Below are positions 53,052 to 63,159 of a stretch of 64,000 nucleotides of DNA, in pieces. Source of the stretch: Lingula anatina (taxonomy: Eukaryota > Animalia > Brachiopoda); NCBI GenBank assembly GCA_051362555.1, contig CM120644.1, positions 8,502,954 through 8,566,953 on the forward strand, in the 5' to 3' direction. The stretch's first letter is position 1, and the number at the start of each line of letters is the position of its first letter. Made by a program: the position numbers and the translations under genes. The notes under the pieces were generated by a model, which was given only the letters and a program-made list of their open reading frames with translations, searched no databases and was not told the origin of the DNA.

Positions 53052-53990
53052 TGTTACTCTTTCACTGTCCTGTTGCAGAATGAACTCGAGTACGATGACA
53101 AAAGTATTTAGGTTTAAATATTTTATTCAAATTTGTTCAAGCATAGTATGCATGTGCTGAATAAAATTTATCTAATCTTGTGGCCCTTTTGTTGGTACTA
53201 TAAAACACTTAAAAAGATGAATCAAGCAGATGCGTCTTAAAATGCAGAATTTACGTAACTGATTTGTCCCCACCAAAATATATTTCATGTCTTTTATTTA
53301 TTTATTTTACTGGATTAGCTACTGGTATAAAGAAGCAACAAAGAAAGGTGTCTCACATATTCACCAAATGCAAAGAAAGGTCGAAGGAATATGATAAGAG
53401 ATTAGAATAAACAAACCACTTCAGTATATCAATAAAATTAAACTCGCAAAGTCAATTATTTCATTACCATTTCATATTCTTACTTATGCTGTACTCAAAG
53501 GCATGTAAGTTACTGTGCATTGCATATGTACACTCGTTTGAATTATTTTCCTAGCCAATATGAGCAACAGATATTAGCAGACGATCATTACAGCACCTGG
53601 CGGGAAGTTAAACCTGCACAAACACGTCGACTTAGGATGTTTGACAATGAAAATGCTGGCATGCATGAAATACGATTTTTTTTAACAAAAACTTATTAAT
53701 ACACACTGTATGATGAGCACACACACTCTGTTTTACTTTCTTGAATATTAATTGCTGTATAAAAGTACTAATTAATTGTTCGGCATGATATAACTCCGAA
53801 TGAAAAGCATTTTCTTTTGCTCAGATTCAGTCTCTTAATAATGAACAATAGACAATTCTAATAAAGTTCACTAATAAAGTGATTTCTGTGCATATAAACG
53901 TGTAGAACAACACCAACCTATGCATTCAGTACAAAAAGATAAGGAATGAAATTAAATAGATTTCTTTTTAAATTTATAAAAGACGGCGAT

Positions 53991-56900
53991 TTAACTGACA
54001 ACTTCGTACTGGTTCGTCTCGTAGTCTGGAGGAGGAATGTACACCGGTGAGCCCCGTCTATTGTCGCGTAAGCCTCGATCCTCTTTCCAAGAATTTACCG
54101 CCCCCGGTGTATCCTCTGGCGAGTGGTCGTACATACGGTTGTTGAACTGTGCTGCGAACAACCTGTCGTCCCTCCATAATTGTGAGGGCGGCCTTAGGGC
54201 TGAGCGTGGTGGGAGAGGTCGCGGGTATTCAGCAGTCCGAGGAGAATGGGAACTGACTGACGCTTGCTTGCTACAACCGAAAATAGGAAAGTTTGGCGTA
54301 GTCAAACGACATTTTATGGCGACAACAATCTCCAGAGCTTATTTATTCCTTGTTGCCTTCTTTCTTGCTTTGAATGAGACTATAAAAGTTTGTGGTACAC
54401 TGAGATAGAGCATACATAAAAGAACATTGCGTGAATACGTTACCCTTCAACTGCACTTCTAATACATTCATCTATTTATTTATTTATTCCCTCTCATTGT
54501 TTAAAATTGATTTTCAAATTGGCGCAGGTCACTGAGATATCCGCTGCCTTTACTACGTCATCGGTAACAGTGAAAAATTATGTTGTTCCAATGAATACGT
54601 TTTGTAAGCGTTTCTTGTAAAACAAGAACCATGTGGGAGCAGTGCCTTTGACCGCTTACGCGTGTGAAAAATTACACCCCCATTACAAGGAAATCCAATC
54701 TCGAATATGAAAACCACCCGTGGTCGATGAATTCAATATCGATTATCTTAACATTGTGAAGGACATATTCGTGCTGATTACCTTTTCAATCGCTGTATTT
54801 TTCTACGGTGGACACAACAAAAGATGCCAAATCCAAAGACGGCAACAATAAAGGCAAGAGAACCCAGCACGGCACCTATTATCCATATAGTCGGGGGCTG
54901 AAGGACACCTGGCGGCGAGGTTATTTTGATCTTGCATACTGAGTAGTCAAAGATGAATAATTTCAAAATATTGAACATAATTAAAGCAGTCAATTGAACG
55001 TTTAATCAAAACTGGGCATTTTTGGTTTTTAAACCCACAGAACCAATTAATATTCTTAAAAATCACATGCTTAAAACACATTTTAAAAACATTTAAAAAC
55101 AGATTAAGAAAATCTAAGCAAAGAGGAAAATTTGTGACACGAATTGTGACAAGAATTGTGCCTATAAGTAAACACGTCTTCAATATTGTTTTAATCACCT
55201 TCGAACGCGGAAATCAAAGCAGAAATTCGTTAACCAACTCTAAAATATTTTCAATATACCTTCCGTCGCGGTCCACTGATGAACGCTGGCATTAGGATAG
55301 CACACTTTGCCACTGTTCTTTGGATCCAGCTGACATAAAGCGTAGCACGTGCCGTCAATGAGACAGAAATCATGCTGAAAATGATGTAATATGGAGAGAT
55401 ATAGAAGTTTGCTGCTCAGGGTAGACTGGCTAACTCCTCACGACTGAAATGCACTGAAGGCGTGCGGGGCATCTGACACGTCAAAATAATGTTTTTTAAA
55501 AAATTTTAAAAATTAAAAAAAAAAATGCATTTGACTTTGTCAGACTGTGGAGTACGGGGACGTTTCCCCCCAATGTCAAAATGTGCACCCAAAAATGGAG
55601 TCACATTTGACATTTTTTAATTGTCGGGTAATCTATACCTACCTGTGTATGATTTGCAACGTCATTGCTTGCAATATACCATCTTGTGTATAAGACATAG
55701 GTATTTAAATGACGTATCATTCTTTCATCGTAATATCAACGAGTTAGTAAAGTATACTGTATATACAATGAAACATATAGGAAATGTGTATATATTATTT
55801 AAGTAAAGAAAAATTTCCATTACCTTCACTGACCAGCCATTATCATTGTCAGTTGCAGAACAAAACTGGCAGAAAGAACCCGGGTTGGTTTCACCGTCGT
55901 TGTAACACTGCGTGTCTATACTGCATGTAATTGGCTATATATGACGCAAAATAAATAAAACGACGATAGTCATCTGTCTTTCATGCATGGGCTTCATAAA
56001 TGGGTATTGCAAAATTGTTTTTTAGATAAAACAGCACATTATTTTACATTTTTGCAAATGAATTATACTGTTTTAATTTATCATTGTGTTAAATCGTTGT
56101 ATAAAAGTACTTTTTTACGATTAGAAATATATGTGCCTCCTACAATGGACTGCCTCTACGATGAAACAGAGACAAACGAAGATACCACCAAGGAATCGCA
56201 TACAGTAGTTGCAAAGTAAACTGAAGTAGACTACAACAAAAAGGTTATTGAAAATACGAGGTGCAAGTCTCATCCATCTACGCTTGCAAACCAAGGCTCC
56301 AATTTGGAATTCTGCAGAATTCTTGCACGTTTGCGCTTCCCGTGTTCATGACTTTGAATTATCACTTGAATAAAAAAAAGATCGCTTATAAGTACTTTTG
56401 GCAAGAACCTACTTTGCGGAACCAAGTGGAGTTGCTGTAGGTGGTGTTGCAGGTGCGACATCTATCGTCGACATTTTCCTCCCCGTCGGCGTAACAACTA
56501 CAGTCGATGGTGCATGCATCGCTCTGCAAGATACAGACGGCAGATTTGAATTCTTAATTCAGTACATATTTATCAGAACAGTTGAAAGATTTATGTCTGC
56601 TACGTAACATGCAATTAAATGAAAGCATATACAGTGTACATATCAAAATATATACATTAAAAATCGCAAAATATGAGATGACCTGCATCTTTGAAATTGG
56701 ACAAATAGACTTGCCTAAGACTTTAATTTATGTCTTAATTATCATGGAGCTATATGCTGTGCTCTGCGTGCACAAAGATGTTCAGCGCACTGTATACACG
56801 ACTTAGGCCTACCTTCAACCGGCAGCTGTTTGGGTCATTATTTCTACAAGAGACACACTTGTCATCAAAGGTTATCAGGTATGTAGCATTGCTAAACTGT

Positions 56901-57713
56901 GCTTTGTTGTTGCTGACGCTTATGCCATAACGGTAGATTGGAGGTCCAGTACACTCAGCGCTACGTTTATGGTGCCTTGGTCTAGGAAGAGGGCAGATAA
57001 CTTCTTGAAAGTGAACGAATTCTGCAGCCATGAGTTCCACGTTTGCCGCGCTACTCTGAGGCTTTCCTGCCGTCACCTGAGAGGGATATAAGATTAAGAT
57101 ACGTTCTTACTCTGTTTGTTACTGAATTCAAAGTATAAGCTGACAAGTCCTTTTTACGTGTAATTTCTCTCACCTTCAACTTCTTTCCTCATCAAGAATA
57201 ATAAATTAATAAATTAACTCCATTTTTTTGTATATTTTGTTATTATAATTGCATAATAAAGATGTATTGAAAATAAATGGTTCAGTTAGAGTTTGAAATA
57301 TTAAGGATGTTTGTTTATATCGATGTTGCTCATTGTCCTCATTTTATCATTAATAGACTATATGCATGTCATATATTTGTATTTGAACAATATTTCTGAT
57401 CCAACTAAGACATTGTCATTCTCAACATCACCTCCTGAATTTCCACTTTACATGTTAAGTTTTTATTGTCGAGGAAGGTGCCACCGTAGACGGGTGACCT
57501 TGCACATGGCCTTGACCTAGTTTTACACAGACCGTCGCCCGGGAGGTAATAAATGGTTGGCACGGCGGATGTATCAATAGAACAATCTGCGCCAGCAAAC
57601 GTGTCGTCGCAGCTACACGTGCCTGTAATGAAGATCAAGATATTAATTAACATATTAAAGGCACAGTGCCATAAAGTAATTTCTCTCTTTTTTCTTCAAT
57701 TGTTAATTTTTTG

Positions 57714-57758
<45 letters not shown>

Positions 57759-59917
57759 CGGACCGTTGATGCATTGGCCATTTCCACTGCATTCATTTGG
57801 ACATTGCACTGCCTCCATTTCCTCGGGAAGGGAAACTTTACCAGTCTCGTTGTTAGTCACCCAAATTGATGAGTTTTTCTCTAGTTCTCCTAGACATGAA
57901 CTCTTAATAGCCTGAAGTGCTGCAGGTGCCCATTCAGTGCTACCAGTTAGCTAGATATAAAAGGTAATCGGTATATGTATGTTGTGAACTTAAAAAAAAA
58001 CTGGTTAATTTTTGTTTTGAATGTACATTATGAGCAGTTAAAGGTATTAGATACACTTCGCCTCTTGTATATTTTGTATACTTCAAATTCCAAATGGTAC
58101 TGAATTCATTGTAGAAAGAACAAAAACACATGCAGAAAATTAAACCATGTCTGAAATAAGAGAAGCAACCAAAAGATATACGTTATTCCAATGCAACATG
58201 TACGGATTTTCGTGCAAGCACTCTCGTGTCTGTTGTGTGTGTACGAATGAACATATATAGGCTTACATATATGTCTTCTATGCAGCCTTTGATGGGATCC
58301 TCCGTGTTGGCACCAGGTACCGACTTGCAGGACTTGCCAGTGCTTGTGTTGGCCATGAAGGTTTCACAAAACTGAGCTGCGGTGGCATTTGTCCAGTTAT
58401 TCTTCCACGATGGTTCCTATGCAAAAGCAATTTGCAATAATGATTTTTGTATAGTTTGAAAGGTGAAGATATTCACTGCAATATTTGAACATTGTCCAAA
58501 AAGATGGATATTGTGCGTACACCTGTAGAGATTTGTGGGAAAAATGCTTATCCTCTATAAAATTGCAACAAGCTCTGTGTAAAAAACAAGACCTTTCATG
58601 CTGTCTTGTTCTAAAAACTAATCTTCTGCGTGTCATCTCTAAATAGTATGTACGATTTCCTATATGCGGGGACATATGAAAAGGGACAAATAACACTTAA
58701 ATATTTCACCATCACAGATGCATTTGAATTGTTCTGTGGATCAAAACAGAAAGATAATTTACTCATGCAAATGCATGGCGTGCAAACACCCATTGCTGTA
58801 ACAAATCTAACATTTACCGGCACTGTATGATAAATGTCGTATTCAAAAACCCGAGTTTCCAAAACATCATCATTGCCTTGACCGGATTCTTCGGCGGCCC
58901 TACGGCGCCGACATTTCTGATGCTCTCTAGAGGAGAAGTTGTCATCTCCTGGACACTTGACAATATTTTCTGCGTAACCACACTGCACGATCGAATTGGC
59001 GTCATTGGTTTCTGCAGAACATCGGCAATAGTTAGACCGTGATGTTGACCGCTTTGAGAATTGTAGCTGGGAGGCAGGAGGTCCGTTATAGATTGAATAC
59101 TGCGGCTGAACCCTAAATGTATAAAATAGCAAGGTGTGGATTCGATTCAGGGCTCCGCACCCTGAGCCTCAGAGATAACTTGGCACTAACCTCTTCACTA
59201 TAGCCTTCATCGTGTCAAATTACCTCTGACCACATTCGATTGCCCGCGCCGCCTGCAAATCAAATTTAAAGCCCGCCCTCAATGACTCATTGAACGTTCT
59301 AGCCAATGAACGCGAACGAGTCAAAGCGCGCTTTGTTCAAATCCGGACCAATCAAAGATAAGGCTGAATATCAGGGACTTGCCGTAACCTGTGGGCAGCA
59401 CGCAAAATACATCATCCCTCAGTAGATAATGATGCAGGGCCTCAAACTGCTCTGGTTTCAATTCCGATATACTCATAATTTGCAAAGAATCAAGAGATAA
59501 CTTAACACATTCTTTTACGTAGTCACTTAGTAGACGCCATGCTTTCTTTTGTGTACGGTTATGCAGACGCAACGAAATACAAGTTTCTCATTGGACATAA
59601 TTCTGGATTTTCAACCAATCAGCGTTTTCACTTTGGTGAAAAATTTTGAAACATGGATTCGATTGGCTTATATAAACTAAGTCAAACTATTTTCGTCAGA
59701 GGTAACTTGACACGATGAAGATAGGCTATAGTGAAGAGGTAAGTGTCAAGTTCAACGAAGCTCAGGGTGGGGCTCCGTTAACTTGAAAGCATCGCGAATT
59801 GCGAATCACCTTTCATTTCGGGGCTATTAGGGCCTGTATAGTAAGTTATGGAATAGAGACGCTGGCACTCGGTCGCAATTCGCGATGCTTTCGAGTTACG
59901 GAGCCCAGGTGTTCTGC

Positions 59918-59956
<39 letters not shown>

Positions 59957-61104
59957 TTCAAGCCATGGTCTTTTTAGCAAACGTGTTTTAATAAATAACA
60001 ATCAAGAAAATCATAAAAAAAATATATATATATTGACAATACCTCCAGGACATTGCAAAATCCTTTGGATTACGAGAAACGGGTTCAGTACGTCCGTCTC
60101 TAGTCAGGAAGTCGTCGCTCTTGTCATGGTTTAGGGTTCCACACAATCCAACTGTTCTGTTAAAATCCTTAGCTCCAGGATGAATCTGAACATTCATGAA
60201 GTCGTCGTGTCCATATCGATAGACCATTATGTCAACATAGCCTCCAGTGGGTAAGTAAACCTTGAAAATAATATTTCAGTGAGAAGTTCCTAACAATCTG
60301 TCTGGACAATTATGAGATTTTTAAAGAAATGTACTCTTTTGTCTCTACTGCTCAGTTAATCATTATAAAATCAGCATATCTATTTGTTAATATGACATTG
60401 ATGTTTGTGTCTCTGGCTTATAAGTTCATTGAAAAAATAATGATTGTTTCAGACTTTTTCAAAGAAGCTAATAATGTAAAAAATTCACTGAAAAGTGAAA
60501 TTTCGATTTAACTGATACCATCCAATGATTGGACTTGTTCAACATAGGCAACAATACCTTAAAATGCTTTCCACCGTTTAAAGACTCCACCCTCAGTTGC
60601 CCGTCCTCGCACCCAACGAGTCCAACTCGCATTGGTCTCTTGGCTGTGATTTGCTCCAGTCCCGTGCCAGGTTTACATGTGTCCACTATGAAGACGTCTC
60701 CCCCGGACATCACGCCCACAGCACAATTACAGTATGCGTAGCCGCCATTGCAAGGTTTGAAAAAAGCATGTACCTAAAACATTACAATTTGAAGAAGAAA
60801 TCAACGGTTCGTGCTACGTTTTTCATGAAGGATCTAAGAGGAGATATTATCGCACGAGAACTCTTTTAATTTGTGTCCATTTTATACCTTTGAATGAAAC
60901 CCTGATTCTGCCAGAGCCTTTTTGGGATGTTCTAATACTTCAAAGTATTAACACAAATTCAAAGAAAGAGTTTTAAAATACGACATGTGGAGTTTGACAA
61001 ATGACAGAATTGGTGAATGAAAACAAACATAATATTTTACCTGAACTGGTAATGTGGTATGTTTATACAAAACAAATTCACCTCCGTACTGGCATTCGTA
61101 GTTG
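53991..61104 (-). CDS. VWD- and EGF-domain type I membrane protein (VWDE-like), 5' exons outside window
   Basis: Exons 61041-61104, 60558-60773, 60043-60260, 58818-59112, 58267-58416, 57764-57950, 57432-57622, 56813-57076, 56413-56523, 55824-55934, 55260-55374, 54782-54938 (or 54908), 53991-54270 join in frame. VWD motifs [97 protein letters not shown]; tail with PPPDY. Confidence 0.88.
59158..59769 (-). mobile_element. DNA transposon derivative with ~70-bp TIRs, 8-bp TSD and a RecQ-like helicase fragment
   Basis: TIRs at 59158-59230 and 59695-59769 (caccctgag..cctcttcactatagcct..gtgtcaa.ttacctctgac). TSD GGGCTCCG at 59150-59157 and 59770-59777. ORF 59321-59572 contains LKPEQFEAL...DVFCVLPTGYGKSLIF (SF2 Q motif plus Walker A). 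Confidence 0.8.
59770..59906. mobile_element. Short MITE interrupted at its left end by the helicase-bearing element
   Basis: Inverted arms gggctccgttaacttgaaagcatcgcgaattgcga / tcgcaattcgcgatgctttcgagttacggagccc. Confidence 0.75.
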
Positions 61105-61446
61105 CTATAATGTCAAAAATATATTTGAACAGATTATTGATACAATATGGATATATTGTTTCAACATGGATCTATAAATTAATAATAAAAGCATCGTGGA
61201 GACCTTGATTTGTGTGCGAGTGAGGGAGTAGTTGTGTTGTAATTTATCTAATCATACTTAAGAATTTTTTAAAACATTCAATATTGATGCCATGACCAGG
61301 TGTATGTACATAAATGCATATCTCCGTATACAGAAAATGTTGCGTTTGCCTGCGTTAATAAAATTGTGACAATAAATTTAATTTAATATGGGTAAGTGTA
61401 TGTTTGCAAGCAAAGCAAGCAAATGCTTTTGGTAGGCTATAAGACC

Positions 61447-61912
61447 TGTTATTATAGTGACAACAACGACGATCTGGAGCTTCAGATATTTATTCCCCAC
61501 ACTCAATTTTTCACAGAATCTACAAGTATTTATATTCTATTTTCCATTCTCATATTTCCCATTCTCATATTACAAAACTCTATTCAATATTTCCTAATTT
61601 AGTAATTTAAATGAAACTTGTTTATGATTTAAAATATTTAAAATATTTTCCGAATTACTCATTTTGGATCCTGTCCAATTCAAGTATACATGAGTTCTAC
61701 ACGTGTTAAACACGCGCAAATCGATAGAAAAATTAACCAATCGGATCCAACTATTTCGGACTCTGAAACGTTCCACCCTTTCCATCTTCGAGAACAGTCT
61801 CTACACTCGTTGACACTTTAAGAAATTTACTTTGTACTCGATAACTTTCTACACATTTGATTCTGTTTTAATTGTTTTGTAATTGCCGAAAGTGTATGTC
61901 ATTTGCTTTACA
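61447..61912 (-). repeat. 3' LTR (466 bp)
   Basis: Starts TGTAAAG just after the PPT and ends ATAACA. TATAAATA at 61527-61534 and AATAAA at 61489-61494. Both boundaries coincide with the limits of similarity to the solo copy at 42674-43180. Confidence 0.8.
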
Positions 61913-61980
61913 ACATACACCCCTTCTTCAAAAGAATTCGTCCTCGAATTCTAAAACTTTACAACATACGCCCCTTTTTC
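61913..61980 (-). other. Doubled polypurine tract with an intervening hairpin
   Basis: GAAAAAGGGGCGTATGTTGTAAAG and GAAGAAGGGGTGTATGTTGTAAAG, 51 nt apart, separated by AGAATTCG-AGGA-CGAATTCT (61933-61952). Confidence 0.75.
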
Positions 61981-62091
61981 ATTTTTTTTAAAGCAAAACT
62001 AAATAATATCAAATTTGTAAATTAACAAAACTAACCATGCTATCGTAATGTAGTAAAAGATCCCTTACAAAAACAATCTATGCTGCATGCA

Positions 62092-62649
62092 TTAATGTTC
62101 AATGTATTTACAAATAGGACAATGTGCCACTGTACTGATAGTAAGATCAGAACAAATTCCATTCCTTGTAAATTTAAGAGCAAGTCGTCGAAATCGAGTA
62201 TACGTCATTTCTCGATCATCATTCATCAATAATTCATGATAATGCTTAACAGGAATATTCAAACGTCGCAATAATAGTACAGTAACTACAACTAACTTAG
62301 TAACACTCCATGCATAATATAAAGATTGAATAATACATTTACCAAAATCTAATGGTATTTGATGCAACATGTATATCATGTAATCTTCAGATATCATCAA
62401 ATAATGAGCACAGCCAATTAACTTCATAAAGTCCAACTTCTCGTCTAGGTTATTAAACCTTCCACAAAATGCAAACAAAATTGATTCATTTATCAAATCA
62501 GATGAAAACTTAATCTGAAAATTCGGTTCTCTTTGTTGTTTGAAGTATAATTCATTTATATATACAGAATGTTTACGGAAGTTCTCGAAAAGCTTAAATG
62601 ACAAAGTTACAATTCTGTCATCAATGTAAATGTGATGTACAAGTTTCAT
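62092..62649 (-). CDS. Accessory ORF with a divergent BTB/POZ-like domain, 185 aa from the ATG at 62649
   Basis: HSVYINELY...ESILFAFCGRF...FMKLIGCAHYLMISE follows the BTB pattern S-x-YF / ll-x-F-x-Y-x-G / LL-x-aA-x-yL-x-i. C-terminal HCPIC. Preceded by a polypyrimidine tract and CAG acceptor (62656-62658). Confidence 0.65.
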   Translation of the reverse strand: MKLVHHIYIDDRIVTLSFKLFENFRKHSVYINELYFKQQREPNFQIKFSSDLINESILFAFCGRFNNLDEKLDFMKLIGCAHYLMISEDYMIYMLHQIPLDFGKCIIQSLYYAWSVTKLVVVTVLLLRRLNIPVKHYHELLMNDDREMTYTRFRRLALKFTRNGICSDLTISTVAHCPICKYIEH

Positions 62650-63159
62650 CAGTTTCTGCAAAATCAAATAGAAAATAAGAAAAATGATAATAGACATATT
62701 TACAAAATCATAATTGTTAAAAAAAAAAAACTCTAAGTACAACCATTAATATTCATAACATAGTAAAGTAAGTACAATACAGCATGCAAATAATAATGAT
62801 CATGATTAACACAAAAAATCCTAATTATATATAAGTGATATGTAATAGATTTTATAAAAGCGCAAATAATCGTATTACATTATTCATAAAATAGTATATA
62901 GTGATTAAAACAAATTCAATTTTTGTTAAAACTCATCGAGTTAATTCTGTGCGTCTCGCACACTCTCAATAATAATAATACATAGATCAGTTTCTTCAAT
63001 CATTGGAGTAACAGTGAGAAAAACTCAATCATAAAGTCATTAAAATGCTGTGATAGTACACACACCCTCTTACACCAAAAGTCCGCTCGCAAAGATCAAT
63101 GCACTTAGTAAATACTAGACACATGTAGCAAGTCAAGTCAAATTTAACTTGGACAAAGA

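Noticed and set aside
61594-61902. Short ORFs inside the LTR U3 region (MTYTFG.., MERVER..) as a nef/sag-like gene
   Set aside because: Mismatches against the solo LTR over 98 nt show no consistent codon periodicity, and the solo copy has stops in all three minus-strand frames.
62650-62742. N-terminal signal or TM segment of the 216-aa ORF
   Set aside because: Better explained as a translated T-run and polypyrimidine tract of a splice acceptor.
62941-63124. Tiny ORFs (20-31 aa) between the env-like and BTB-like ORFs
   Set aside because: Too short and motif-free to call.
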